Positions 1 through 14,106 of a DNA stretch of 64,000 nt are shown here, one piece after another. The position numbers and the translations under genes were made by a program. Location of the stretch: NCBI GenBank assembly GCA_964016885.1, contig OZ024742.1, forward strand, positions 327,236,001 to 327,300,000, given 5' to 3'. Within the stretch, counting starts at the first letter, position 1; every line of letters starts with the position of its first letter. A model generated the notes under the pieces. That model saw only the letters and a list, made by a program, of their open reading frames with translations. It did no database searches and had not been told where the DNA came from. The DNA comes from Eledone cirrhosa. Lineage: Eukaryota.

Positions 1-3000
1 ACAAATTTTGAAGTTAGTTTTGAATGAAAGATTTTGACAAGCTCTAGTAGACAGGTGAAGTTAATGATGTCATACGTACTCAACACTAAAACCTAAACAA
101 GCAATATAACATGTGAAACTAATTTGGCATTTGGCTATCTCATGATTTTATTTTCTTGCACTAATTTTCTCATATTGTTTACTAAACCCTCAATATATTC
201 AACAGGTTTTAGGTCCAGCTCAAAACAAAGCCTTAATATCATTATTTCAGCTTTGGAGCTCTTTTAGTATAACTTGGTAAAGAAAAAGGTAAAGGGCCCT
301 TAACTCCAAACAGAGCCACAGGGGTTGTTTAATACATTGTGTAAATTGGGCATTTAAAAACTAATGAAGCCCCCCCCCCCTTCTAGATCTGAATACAGCT
401 GATTTCTTCCAGAGGAGATATAAAGGAAGAACTGACCCTATTACTGAACTTTTCAATAGGATTCACATCTAGAGATTGTTGAACCCATGATTTTCAAGAA
501 TAGTTTCTATATATAATATTATTCTGTTATAAGTGAAATAGTCTATAAATGAAATGATATTTTTTTCAACAATTGAAATATTGCAACAAATGAGCAACTT
601 TGTTTGAAATGAAGGAAAGTCATCAAGACCAACATGCCACCACATATGTTGTTTGTGACCAATCTCCTGCGAAATTTTCACTTGTCCAAATCAAACGTTG
701 ATGATGTAAATAAGGGTAGATGGGGTGATTGATAACATTGACTGTGAATGATATTGAGGAACTTTCATTTTTACAGTTTGTACTGTTTAATCAATTGTTT
801 CATTCAGTAAATTTTCTTTCTTTTTTTTTTCTTATTGATTGGATCTTTTAAGGAGAAGTCCCAATATACATTCTCGAGTGAATTTTCAGGGGCCTTCAAA
901 TGGTATCACTTATATTTCTTAGATATCAAAGAATTCAAGATGCAAAGATAACATTTCAAATGTATTCAAGACAGTAAAATTAACCATTTTGTTACCTTAT
1001 TCCTAATGGCATACATGGCTGTTAACTTCCAATTAATTTTGAAATAATAAAAAACTTAGATGGACTTAGTAAAGCAACTAGTTTTTTCATTATTAATTTG
1101 GTGTTTAGAATATAACTTATGAAGTGGATCTTATAAAAAATTACAATGGAGGTTTTAGTTTAAACTTTTAGCATTTTAACTGGCATTTAAACAAGAACAT
1201 TTTGAAACAATGTTCTTCATGGAACCAGGGTCAGTTTCATGTAGATTGGTATAAAAAGGGTTAAAATAAACTAAAAGAATGAGAGCACATTCAGTATTAA
1301 TAGCAGTTCTTTGATGGATAAAGATTTATTAAAAACACAAGTAAAAACATGAGTAGAACACTATGAAGAAGTAAGCTGGGAAATTAAACAAACTTAGCTA
1401 CTGAATTAAAATGATTCTGATATGTAAGGAATGTGTCTATTATTCTGTATATAATTGGTACGAACAGAATAGATAACAATTGCTTCTCTAAAGAGAACAA
1501 TAGTTTACTTATAAATATAGGAAAGTTCCAGACAATAGCAAGAGAGTATTTGAATATTGACAGAGCTTTGTCTTAGAGAATTTGTTAATCATGAATATTT
1601 ATATGCGTCTTTCAAATTGTTCAAACACTCTTTAAGATATATAGTTGGACAATCTACGTATAGCTTTTAAATCATTAGTATACAGCAACAGCAGCAACAA
1701 ACACAACAACAACAATAATAATAATGATTTCTACTATAGGCATAAGGCCAGCAATTTTGGGGAGGGGAAAATCGGTTAAATTGACCCCAGTGCATTACTG
1801 GTGCTTTATCCTGTAAGGATGAACGACAAAGCTAACGTCGGTGGGATTTGAACTTAGAATGTAAAGGGCCATAATAATGGTTTCAAATGTAGGCACAAGG
1901 TCACGAATTTGGGATAGAAGACGAGTTGATTATATCAACCCCAGTATAATCTAATCTGTTTAGGGACAGTTGCTAATAGAATATCAACCAATCCTAAATT
2001 TAGCCAAAACTCAAACATGAGTATGGGATTAGGCAACTGTGCCAAAACTACTCCAAGAAGTAAAACTAAGAACATTAAATTAGATACGACGTCATGCTTT
2101 GACGCATAGAGTTACGGCCCTTGCCATTCTGAGTTCAAATCCCGTCGAGGTTAACTTTGCCTTTCATCCTTACGGGGTTGATAAAATAAAGTACCAGTAA
2201 TGTACTGGCTAATTGCTGGCCTTGTGCCAATAGTAGAAACAATTAAATTAGATACAGACATAAAATACAAATATATAAGGGTAGATAAAATTCACTTGGG
2301 CTGAGCTCCCACCCAGCTGAAAATAACTTGGTCATTTTGAACTTTCTGTAACTAACACTAAAAGGGGCGGAAAATTCCTCCTCCGGGTTGCAGTTTCTTC
2401 ATTACTGAGATGTGTTAATGTATATGTCTTGATGACAGCTGATGATGCAGAAGACATAGTGATGAAGATGTCCCCCCCCCCCCCCCCCTTCATGCTTTGG
2501 AAAACGCTAAAGATACACATCAAATTTTGGAGTATTCAGTTTGCATAATGGGAAGTGGGTCCCGCTTTTGTTGATGCTACTGCTACATGCAGCCAACTTT
2601 TTTCTTTTCCTTTTCCTGATCTGGACAGAAGGCTCCCAGGTGAACTGTGTTACTACAGGTGCAGTAACTAAGCTTTCTGCCCAGCACCATTAGTCTGACT
2701 GACCTCTCTACTCTTTCATTAGTATACAGTTCTTGAATAACATTGTAGTCATTGAAAATCTTCAGGATTTAGAGGTCAAAGCAAGCTCACTTGGTCATAT
2801 GTTATCATATTGGTCCTTTTACAACACACCAGAGAGTGATATGACAAGATTGCTATACTGGAAACTATACTGAAGATGATACAAATACACCCTGAAACAT
2901 TAGCAGTGAATAATATAAATGGTGGGAAATTTGGGATATGGAAATACATGATGAAAAGAAGCTATGTGAGCAGGACTGGATTACCCATTAAGCAAAATAA

Positions 3001-4261
3001 GCACATACTTAGGGCATCAAGAAGAGAGGCATGATTAATTGTATTAGTCATGTCAGACAAAATTTGTTTTAACAGACTTTATATATGGAGGGGAATTGAA
3101 ATCTTTTAAGTCCTTAGGGCTTCAAAAGGACTTAATTCAGCTCTGTATCTGAGAACCACTCTGATATTTTTGTAAAGGACCAGATATCCAAGTGTTGAAA
3201 TTGATACAGGATACTGGCTTAGAATCTATCAAATGGCAATGCTTGAGATAGAAGTGTAGAAAAGTAACTCTGCCACTTTAGCCTGGGTAAGATCCTAGCC
3301 TAACTAATTAAAATGACTTGCCCAACAGACAATAGCCCCATTGTACTGATTATTGAAAAACTTTTCAAATATAAGGTCTTCATTGTCATCATCATCTTTG
3401 AATGTCCATTTTTCCACACTACCATGAGTTACATGGGTTCTCCTATTTGAGGCAAGTTGGGTCAGGTGACTGTGTCTTGCTCACACAGAACTGTTTCTGG
3501 CTTGGTTTCTATGGTTGGGTGTCCTTCCTAACACCAACCACATTTACAGTGTGTGTCTTATGAACAGAAATATTGAAGATGTGGGATACAGACACAAGAA
3601 CAGTTCCTGTAAGTATAGGAATCTTTGGAAAAGTGAAGTGTAATACAGAGAACATTGAAGAATTGTTGGGTAAATTTACTTATGAAAGTCAGAAGATGGA
3701 ATGGAATGGAATTCCATCATTTCAATGATCAATGTTCCAGTTGTTTGATCAATGGTGTGGCCAGTTCATGAAATTAAAGAGTAAGTGGCTGAGTATTCCA
3801 CAGTTACATGTAGCATTAATGGAGTTCTCAGAGAGATTCAACATGACAAAGTGTGTGATAAGGCTGCCCTGTTTGAATTCCAGGTAAAGTCCATATGATC
3901 AGCGTCCATACAATTTCTGTCTAGCCAGTTTCACTTACAATGCTTGGGTCAACCTGAAGTATTGGTAAATGAGATGTTCCCAGCCCAAGATATCATACAA
4001 TAGGATCGAGCCCAGGAGGTGATTATTGTAAAGCAAATCTCTTAACCATCCAGCCATGCAGCATCCACTTCAGAAGATAACACTCCAAGAAAATAGCAAT
4101 ATTCTACATACATATTATGAGTAAAAAGAAAAAAAAAAGAAAAACGGTTTATAAATCCTATCTCCACAACTTAATCTAATCTACATTTGAATTACATCAC
4201 AGTTCTGTATATTACATGTACTATGAACAGTAATAACAACAATAATAATAATGTTAATGAA

Positions 4262-4437
4262 GATAATTGTTTCTACTTTTGGCACAAGGCCAGTAATTAC
4301 CCAGTGCATTACTGGTACTTTATTTTATCGACCCCGTAAGTTAACCTTGGCGGGATTTGAACTCAGAATAGCAAGGGCCGTAACTATGCGTCAAAGCATG
4401 GCGTCCGACTCTCTACCGATACTGCCAATCCCCCCTT
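4262..4437 (-). mobile_element. Abundant (ATT)n-tailed tRNA-like SINE with TSD
   Basis: Family consensus GGCGGTGGATTGGCAGTATCGGTAG...GAGTTCAAATCCC...GCCTTTCATCCTTACGGGGTCGATAAAATAAAGTACCAG...AGAAACAATT (this copy has a short internal deletion). Flanking repeat ATGTTAATGAAGATAAT. Further copies at 1725-1875 and 2093-2243. Confidence 0.85.
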
Positions 4438-5505
4438 TGTAATGTTAATGAAGATAATAATAATAATGATAGTAACAGAAGCTGATTTTTCCCATGAAAT
4501 ATGTTTACAGGTGAGGGGAAATGATGGGTGGCAAAGAAAATAAGGTAAATATAGATCTTATCACAAGTTAAATATTATTTAACTGAATATGTATGTATAA
4601 TGCTGTCATCATTCTCTCTCTTTCTCTGTTTTCTGTTTACTTTTCACATACATATCATCATCATCATCATCTTTAACGTCCATCTTCTACGCTTGCATGG
4701 GTTTGGACGGGAATTTTCCCACTTGAGGCAAGATTGGTTGTCTTGCTCGTATAGGACTGTCTGGCGGGTTTTCTATGGCTGGATGCTCTTCCTAACACCA
4801 ACCACGTTTACAATATGTATATACATACATAGATGCATACATACACACAGATGTATATATGTATATATATATATGTGTATGTATGTTCAGTAAAAGTTGT
4901 TTTCGTGAAAATCAGGAGTAAGCAGGAGAAAGCTTTCTACATTCGTAGTGAAGGGAATCATTGGAATAATTATAATGAATAAACAACTTATGTAATACCA
5001 GCATCTTTCTTAATGTTATTCTTATATACATATATATACGCACTATCTACTTATTTATCTATCATAATTGTTTTTGTAGATGCTATTTTATTGTAGTACT
5101 AAGTGCAGATGATGGCTAATATTACTATATGGATTTAAATTAGTGTAAAATGAAATACAGTGTAGAATGAGGAGGAGGTAGATTGAAAATTATGAAGGTC
5201 AAGGAAAACTCAAACATCTTAATTAAGGGATTATTAAATAAATATTTTTTTCACTATACACCCCACCACGCACACACACACATATATGTAGGTAAAAGGT
5301 AAAAGGAAATAACAAAACAAATGGCACAGTATATGGAAGAAATATATTAGTTTATCGCTTGAAATAGCAGGAAGAGAGTCTTAATGTTTCGGACACTAGT
5401 CCTATATGAGCAAAACACGGTCACCTGACCCAACTTGCCTCTAAATGGGATAAACCAGTCTAACCCATTATAGCGTGAAAGATAGATGTTAAACGATGAT
5501 GATGA

Positions 5506-5547
<42 letters not shown>

Positions 5548-5550
<3 letters not shown>

Positions 5551-7634
5551 TGCTGAGAAGAAAGATGCATGGCAGAGTCATTATGATAGATTACTAAATG
5601 AGGAGAATGCATGGGAAGAAGAGACCCTACCCCAAGTAGACCCTATAGAGGGGCCAGCAGTACAAGTCAGCAGCAACGTAGTAAGTAAGGCAATCAAAGA
5701 TATGAAGATGGGGAAGGCAACCGGTCCATCGGGTATAGCTGTCGAGATGCTGGAGGCATCTGGGTCTGTAGGTCATCCTATAACCACACGTATTGTTAAC
5801 CAGGTAATACTAGAAGGTGTCATACCAAAAGATTGCTGCAGTAGCATCATTGTCAACTGCTACAAAGGTAAAGGTGATGCACTAGATAGAGGAAACTATA
5901 GAGGTATAAAGCTGATGGACCAGGTCATGAAAGTAACAGAAAGAGTTATAGCACAGTTGATTAGGGACCAGGTGAAACTAGACGAGATGCAATTTGGGTT
6001 TGTACGAGGAAGAGGCACCACTGATGCCCTCTTCCTTGTCAGGCAGTTACAGGAAAAGTACCTAGCTAAAAGTAAGCCACTCTACCTGGCATTTGTCAAC
6101 CTTGAGAAAGCCTTTGACAGAGTTCCACGTGCTGTAATCTGGTGGGCTCTTAGAAAACTAGGAGTAGATGAATGGCTTGTGAAAGCGGGACAAGCCATGT
6201 ATAAGGGAGCAGTCAGCAAAGTTAGGATTAGCAATGAGTATAGCGAGGAATTTAGTGTACAGGTTGGGGTCCACCAGGGCTCTGTTCTTAGCCCCCTCCT
6301 GTTCATCATAGTCCTGTAGGCAATAACGGAGGAGTTTAAGACCGGATGCCCTTGGGAACTCCTGTATGCTGATGACCTCACACTTATAGCTGAATCTATG
6401 GTAGAACTAGAGAAGAAATTCCAAACTTGGAAGCAGGGACTAGAAAGAAAGGGTCTCAAAGTCAACATGACAAAGACTAAGGTCCTTGTAAGTAGACGAG
6501 AAAACAGAACCCAGATACCCTCAGGGAAATGGCCTTGCTCATTATGTAGGAAAGTTGTAGGTAGGAACTCCATTCTCTGCCCCAAATGCAAACAATGGGT
6601 ACACAAGAGATGTAGCGGGATCTCAGGAAGCTTAATTAAGAATGTAGCTTCACATGCAGCAGCTGTGCTGGGACAGCAAGCAGCAAACAGTCACAGGAAA
6701 CAAGTACCACCAATCTCTGGGAGGGCTCTGTAGAAACAGTAGACAGCTTCTGCTACCTAGGTGACCAAATTAGCAGTGGTGGTGGGTGTTCAGAAAGTAC
6801 AATAACTAGGGTAAGAACGGGATGGAAGAAGTTTAGGGAACTACTACCACTGCTAGCTGCAAAAGGCTTCTCCCTCAGAATGAAAGGCAGACTGTATGAT
6901 GCGTGTATCCGAACAACGATGTTGCATGGTAGTGAGACCTGGGCGCTGAAGGTGGAAGACTTACGTAGATTAGAGAGAAACGAAGCCTGCATGCTCCGAT
7001 GGATGTGTAACAGTAATATACGTGAACGACAAAGCATAAATGAATTGAGAGAGAGACTGAGCATAAGAGGAATCAAATGCTGTGTGCAGGAGAGGCGGTT
7101 GCGCTGGTATGGACATGTGATGCATATGAAGAATGACAGTTGCATAAAAAGGTGCAGAGCACTAGAAGTCGATGGAAACCGCGGAGTGGGGAGACCCTAG
7201 ATGACCTGGGATGAGGTGATAAAAGCCGACCTTACCCAATTACATCTCTCAAAGGCAATGACACACGACCGTGACCTCTGGCGTCACGCAGTAATACAGA
7301 GTACCTGACCTCCCATGGGTACAAGCTGAAGCATATAGACAATATACCCCCACACCCTCCACCGCAAGGTGGTTGTGGAGGTGCCACGGCAAAAAAGCAC
7401 CCAGCCCACACTGTAAAGTGGACGTGTAGGCGCCACGAAAAAGCACCCAGCACTCACTGTAAATGAGGTTGGTGTTAGGAAGGACATCCAGCTGTAGAAA
7501 TCAAGCCAAATCAGTTCCTGTATGAGCAAGGTATGGTCAGCCGACCAGACACTGCCCACAACAGGACAACCCGTCTAACCCATGCTAGCGTGGAAGAACG
7601 GACGTAAAATGGTGATGATGATGATGATGATGAT
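5548..7634 (+). mobile_element. 5'-truncated, decayed RTE-clade LINE (family A): RT, PHD-like zinc finger, 3' UTR, (GAT)n tail
   Basis: RT motifs NYRGIKLM, QFGF..GRGTTDA, KAFDRV, GVHQGSVLSPLLF, LLYADD and RLRWYGHV. Premature TAG at 6317-6319 and 7198-7200, frameshift near 6650. Starts directly after (TA)n and ends in GATGATGAT. Confidence 0.95.
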
Positions 7635-8169
7635 ATATATTTATATATATATACATGAGCAAGACAATGTCAGCTGACCAGACACTGCCCACAACAGGAC
7701 AATCTGTCTAACCCAAGCTAGCATGGAAGATCGGACATAAAACAGTGATGATGATGACACGGTATATATATAACTGTGTAAAATGGATTATATGAGCAGG
7801 ATGTAGTCACTTGAGTAATCTAGCCTTAGTACATAACAAGTCTAACCCATGCAAGCATGAAAAATGGACATTAAACAGTAATGATCATGATGTGTTTATG
7901 ATCATCAGCCTTTTAAATCTGTTTTAATGTTCACAGGAGTAGGATAGGGTGGCATATTCTGTGACTAGACAGGTGAGAAGACCATGTTTTGTTCATATTC
8001 TCATGATCATCTTTGCTTAATGTCCATTTTCCATGCTTCCATGGGTTATACAGGCTCTCATATTATGAGGCAATTCAGGTCAGGAGACCACATTTTTCTC
8101 ATACAGATTTCAGGTGGATGCCCTTCCGAACACCACTGTGTGTTACAGTGAGGGCTAGGTGCTTACTAT

Positions 8170-8490
8170 TATGGCAACAAAATGACCATTTAATTGGGTG
8201 GACTGGGTGGTTTTTGTCATGTTACCAGCATGACCACCTTACAGGGTTGACTGAGTGCTTTGTGTCATGTCACCAGCATGACCACCTTACAGGGTTGACT
8301 GGGTGCTTTGTATCATGTCACCAGCAAGACCACTTTGTAGGGTGGACTGGATGCTTCTTGTCATGTTACCAGCATGACCATCTTACAAGGTGGACTGGGC
8401 ACTTCACTTTTTGTTGTCACCTGTATGACCACCTGACAGAATGGAGTGGGTACTTTTTGTCATGTCACCAGCATAACCACCTTACATGAT
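8170..8490 (-). repeat. About 39-bp tandem unit from the RTE 3' UTR, about 8 copies
   Basis: GTCATGTCACCAGCATGACCACCTTACAGGGTTGACTGGGTGCTTT. Similar arrays at 10050-10290, 26010-26220, 60950-61070 and 62010-62285. Confidence 0.85.
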
Positions 8491-9057
8491 ATATGTATGT
8501 ATATATGTATGAATATATGTATTTGTTCATGTATCCCCCATATGTATTCATATATTAAAAAGTGCGAATCCTGAGGGAAGTTAAGTCTATATAATGCCAT
8601 TATCAATAGGAAGTCATTTGACTACCTGAATAGATAAGGGCAAAGAGGATCAATGAATAATGCATTAAACATTTCTTAAACACACACTCATTATAGACAC
8701 TCATGTACACACATGTAGGTGTTTGAATATACAATGATAAAGAATGAGTAAAGTAGGTTGGTATGATACGAAGTTGCACTAGATTCTGTTTCTCTTGTTT
8801 GCTTTCATTTGGTTTCTAAAATTACTATGTTAAAACCTGAAATGGGAATTGTGTGAGAATGAGTATCATTGTAATTATCATTTTAATGCCTGCTTTCCCT
8901 GCTAGCAATATATATATATATATAGTCTTCAAATTTATTATTATTACTATATATATATATATATATATAATGTAGGAGGTGAGTTTTATTGTAGTACAAT
9001 AAAGCAATGCAGATATCGGATAAGAAGCACTCTACAGTTTGTAGGACTGGAGTATGC

Positions 9058-9399
9058 ATAATATATAAGATCAAAAGATGGTTAAAGGAGTTCCATGTAT
9101 TTTATTATGCGCATTTCAAAAACAAACATCATCATGCAATAATATTTGTGTTTTCATCAGATAAAACAGGAGGACATGATATGAAGGCTAAAAAACACTT
9201 GTGGATAGTGCAGTTTTAAATCAACATATATGTTGATTTAAAACTGCACTATCCACAAGTGTTTTTTAGCCTTCATATCATGTCCTCCTGTTTTATCTGA
9301 TGAAAACACAAATATTATTGCATGATGATGTTTGTTTTTGAAATGCGCATAATAAAATACATGGAACTCCTTTAACCATCTTTTGATCTTATATATTAT
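9058..9399. repeat. Spacerless 342-bp palindrome of a Penelope-like pseudo-LTR
   Basis: Arms are reverse complements around TCAACATA|TATGTTGA (centre 9228/9229). Each arm carries a hammerhead motif. Confidence 0.92.
9290..9358 (+). ncRNA. Minimal type I hammerhead ribozyme (mirror copy at 9099-9167 on -)
   Basis: TTTTAT-CTGATGA-[long AT-rich stem II]-GAAA-TGCGCA-TA-ATAAAA. Stem III is the palindrome ATGCGCAT. Confidence 0.75.
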
Positions 9400-9458
9400 A
9401 TATATATATAAATAAAAGATTGGAGGCCATATTCAGTTGATTCAGGTTTATTTAAAAT

Positions 9459-9518
9459 TCCGTTATACATATTTCACTGAGGACTATCAATTATGATAGC
9501 CTGACCTCTTCAGATGGC
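9459..9518 (-). ncRNA. Minimal hammerhead ribozyme, slightly degenerate
   Basis: Minus strand: CCAT-CTGAAGA-GGTCAGGCTATCA taat TGATAGTCCTCAGT-GAAA-TATGTA-TA-ACGG. Confidence 0.6.
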
Positions 9519-12240
9519 AAAACCTAAAATAAAAATAGAAAGTTCCTAAGAAACCTTTAAATTTGGAAAACTCTAATAATTTTCTCCTGAAAAAAGATTT
9601 TCTTTTCATGACAAGAGGGAGGGGAATGTGTGGTGTAGTTTCTCTGACAGCCGATATATACACATATATAATTGAATAAACAAGAGAGATGAACACTAAT
9701 ACATGTGTTTGAATCGTAAGGACCAAATTTGCTAGGGTGAAAAAATACTAACTACAGCAATATGGTTTGTTATCCTTAACTTTAAATTAAGAAAAATAAC
9801 AGACCTATATTAGGCAAAACGCCTGCGTTTTGCCCAATATAGGTCTGTTATTTTTTAAAAATATATAGATAGATACAGATCATCATCAACGTTAAACAAT
9901 GATGATGGTGATGATGATGATGATGATGATGATATATATATAAATATAGATGCATATAACCTATATATATATATATATACACACATATATACATATACTT
10001 TCGGGTCCCAAATAATAGTAGGAGAGGGGTTGGGTGGAATAAGATGCTTTTTGTCATGGCAACTGAACTACCACCTTACAGAGTGGGCTGGGTACTTTGT
10101 CGTGGCATCAGCACTATAACATTACAGAGTGAACTGGGTGCCTTTTGTTTGGCACCAGTACTATCACATTACAGGGTGAACTGGGTGCCTTTTGTCATGG
10201 AAAAGCACTACCATCTTACAAGGTGGACTGGGTAGATTTTATCATGGTAGCAACAATGCCATGTCAAAAAGTGGGCTGGGGTATTTTATCATATTTGTGT
10301 GTTTGTTTATGGAGGTGTGTGTGTGTGTGAGTGAAGATAAACTCATACACTGTGATACATATGACTGAGAAGCAGTCATAAACACATACATACTAGACAC
10401 ATCACTAGTATTTCTCAATTGGTACAGGCATAGTTGATTGGTTCAGAAGTTTACTTTACAATCATGAAGCCTCAGGTTTGATCACACCCTGTAGTATCTT
10501 GGGCAAGTGTTCTTACCATAACTTCAGGATAACCCAAAGCCTTGAAAGTTAAATTGGGTAGACAGAAGCTGTTTAGATACTTGTCAGATGGAGTGTACCT
10601 GTAATTTAGAGGTTCAGCCTTGAGAATTACATTAAGTGCAAACATGTAAAAAGGTATGGCTTTGTAGTTAGGGTGTTTGGCTTTCAATCATATCCTCATA
10701 ACTTGGAATTTTGGACCAAGTTTGTCACACACACAATGTCATACCGAATCTCCCTGAGCACATGCATCTGTGGAATGCTCAACCACTTGTACATTAATTT
10801 ATTGAGAAGGCTGTTCTATTATTTGGACAACTGGAACACCCATCAAACCCGATGCAAGTCCAACAATGCCATCAACAACATCAAATAGAAGACCCAAACA
10901 CTTATATGTTAATTCAATCATTTGATATTCAGTTGATCAAACAATCAAATGCTCATCGTTGAAACCAATGAAGGATCTATCATTTCCTTCCAGCCAGTGA
11001 CTAGTGAGTGTGGTGTATATATATATAGCCCCAATGTTAGAAACAGAAGCTTAACTCTCAGCTAAACACAAATGTAATGTTAATCGCTTTCAGTGACAAA
11101 GTTTTATTTATTCAGTCAGACATCAGCTTATCTTATGCAACATAAAACCTTTCCAATAATACAGACTGCTGTATACATTTAGTGTATGGATATCAGTGTA
11201 TTTGGAATGTGTATGACAGTGTGTAGTGTGTGTATGTGTGTGTGTTGTGTGTGTGTGTGAGGGGTTCGTACTGAGTTTTGCCTGTATGTGTGTCAGTGCA
11301 TCTGCACATGCATGTTAAAGTGTTTATTTTATAGTTGCTTATCATGCTTGTATATAAACACACCATACCATCTGTATGTGTGTGTAATGATAAAATGCAC
11401 CCAAGTAAAATCTGTGAAGTGTAGGAATGTTGTACCTAAGTGAAATAGGACCATGGACTGTCTAAAAGGACAGTGACTGCGATTAAGTGCTGGTTTGGTC
11501 CCTAATGACCCATCCAACTAGTGCTAGGAAAGGGATGTTAAATGATGATGATGATGATGATGATATATTCATACATACAAACTTCCTTACATACATATAT
11601 ACATACTTGTGGATGTCTATTTCTATAGGTATATAAATGTAAATAGAAACATTCTTTTTGTTTACAAAGTATTAAGGAAATTAAAAAATAAATTTTGCTT
11701 TTTGAATGCAGCCACAATACAGAGAAAATATACATAATATTTTAATAGGTCTGGTGAAGTGCCTCTGCAGATGGTAAAACAAAGTATACAGAATCACCTG
11801 CTAGAATTGATCCACATCTCTGTCATATACTGGATGGAGTAGCCAGGATATATTTGGCATACTGGTTAACCTTTTAGAATTTAAACCGTTCGTATCCAGT
11901 CAGAATTCTCTCACCTCTTTCTGTTTAAACTGGCCATAACTGGCTGCTCACACTGATGTTAAGGTATTGTTCTCAAAATAAATAATATCAAAATCTCATA
12001 GATTCGATATTATGTGAGATAATTATGTGAGGTAAAGCCTTTACCATGAAAATACAATAGTATATATATAGTGTAATGTAAATGCTAAAGGGTTAAACAT
12101 GGTCATCCAGTATATGGCAGATGAGGAGTTTAATTACTACAGGTAATTCTGTTCACTGTTTTTTCCTTCTCCAGGAGTATTTTATCTGACCTGCCTATTT
12201 GGCTATTATTTATAGTTTATCTTCATTATACTTCTCCCTA

Positions 12241-12297
<57 letters not shown>

Positions 12298-12301
<4 letters not shown>

Positions 12302-12765
12302 CTGCATAAAAAGGTTCAGAGCGCTAGAAGTCAATGGAAGCCGTGGAGTGGGGAAACCCAAGAAGACCTGGGATGAGGTGATAAAAGCTGACCTTACCGA
12401 ATTGCACCTCTCAAAGGTGATGACACACGACTGTGACCTCTGGCTTCACACAATAATACAGATGACCCAACTTCCCACGGGTACAAGCCGAAGCTGAAGC
12501 ATATAGACAATGTTCCCCCACCCCTCCCACTGCAAAGTGGTTGTGGAGGTGCCACGGCAAAAAAGCACCCAGCCCACACTATAAAGTGGTTGTGTAGGTG
12601 CCACGGAAAAAAAGCACCTGACACTCACTGTAAATGAGGTTGGTGTTAGGAAGGGCATCCAGCTGTAGAAATCAAGCCAAAATCACTTCCCGTATGAGCA
12701 AGACAAAGTCAGCTGACCAGGCACTGCCCACAACAGGACAACCCGTCTAACCCATTCTAGCATGA
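12298..12765 (+). mobile_element. Short 3' fragment of RTE family A
   Basis: Matches the ORF end (GVGKPKKTWDEVIKADL) and 3' UTR of 7140-7590. Begins after (CT)n(TA)n. Confidence 0.9.
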
Positions 12766-13089
12766 TAAGATAAAGGAGAAGGAATTATGATATATTATGT
12801 TAGATGCCTTAGACAAAGCAAAGCGTGATCAATGCTTAAAGATGTGAGTTTGAATATTACAGTAGAGACGGACTTTGATTATCCCTTTTGTAACAGTATT
12901 AAGGGCAAAACGTCTTCCTCTGAAGAATTTAATGGGTACAATTCTATGGTGGTATATAAAACTTGTGTATTCCCCCTTTGAATTATCAAATGTACCTAAA
13001 GGAAGAAACACCATGTAAGAAATAAATTTGGTTATTAAAAGTCTTGTTTTCTCTGCCCTATATTTCTTCTTGTGTGTATATATATATAT

Positions 13090-13424
13090 CATCATTTCAT
13101 TTTACGTCCGCTTTTTCCCTGCTTGCAAGGGTGGGACGGGAACTGATTCTGGCTTGATTTCTACAGCTGGATGCCCTTCCTAACACCAATCTCATTTACA
13201 GTGAGTGCTGGGTGCTTTTTTGCCGTGGCACCTCCACGACCACTTTGCAGTGGAATGATATGGACCCCAGTCCCTATCATCTCATTTCTACAGCTGAGTA
13301 AACTGGAGCAATGTGAAATAAAGTGTCTTGCTCAAGGAAACAACACATCACCCAGTCTGAGAATTGAACTCACAACCTTTCGATTGCAAGGCCAATACTC
13401 TAACCACTAAGCCATGTGCCTCCA
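13090..13424 (-). mobile_element. tRNA-derived CORE-type SINE with RTE-derived 3' tail
   Basis: A box TGGCTTAGTGG, B box GTTCAATTC, MIR/CORE-like GGCAAG.CACTTTA...CAGTTTACTCAGCTGTAGAAATG, then RTE 3' UTR and (GAT)n. Confidence 0.85.
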
Positions 13425-13503
13425 TATATTAATAAAAGGAATTCTAACTTTGTCTGATTACTCTGATTTTGAAAATTGCAAACTTGACTGTCACCACAGA
13501 ATA

Positions 13504-13542
13504 TGAACCTGAAGATTGCGAAAGCATGAAAATACTTGTTCA
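13504..13542 (+). ncRNA. Minimal hammerhead ribozyme inside inverted repeat 13425-13660
   Basis: TGAAC-CTGAAGA-TTGC gaaa GCAT-GAAA-ATACTT-GTTCA (stem I TGAAC/GTTCA). Flanked by about 38-bp inverted repeats. Confidence 0.6.
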
Positions 13543-13722
13543 ATTAACACTTTATTTAATATTCTACCATACTATTTCATTCTAATACCATTATAAATTT
13601 TAAAGGATTGTAAATAAAACGAGTAAATCAGACAAAGTTGGAATTCCTTTTATTAATATAATCTTCTATACACAATCATACACACCCATGTATATTTATC
13701 TCTCTCTCTATATATATGTATG

Positions 13723-13799
<77 letters not shown>

Positions 13800-13806
<7 letters not shown>

Positions 13807-14070
13807 AAATTCTCTATGGCAACTTCCTGCCTATTAGCAATACTATGCATATCAGGCATCTCCAGCTCATAGGTCATGTCATGAGAGCAAACAACCTGCT
13901 ACAAAACTTGTGTTATGGGAGCCCACTAATGTGTAACATAAATGTGAAAGACCTCTCAAGATATTAAAAAGAGTCATTAAGGAAGATACAGAATTGTCCG
14001 GTGAAGAACTGAGGTAGTTAATGTTGGATCATATGAGATGGAACGGTTTTATCATCTCACCACAAAGAAG
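13800..14070 (+). mobile_element. Old RTE/RTEX-like ORF2 C-terminal remnant
   Basis: Translation [12 protein letters not shown] resembles the RRL.l.GHV.R motif. Confidence 0.55.
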
Positions 14071-14106
14071 TGGATGAATTTAATAGTAGAAGTTGTAGTA
14101 TATATA

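Noticed and set aside
469-760. 70-aa ORF or faint Pif1/Helitron helicase-like words
   Set aside because: Similarity is too weak, broken by stops, and lacks credible splice signals.
8013-8489. 39-bp repeats as a CRISPR array or Cys/His-rich protein
   Set aside because: Direct tandem units with no unique spacers, no cas genes, eukaryotic context, and derived from the RTE 3' UTR.
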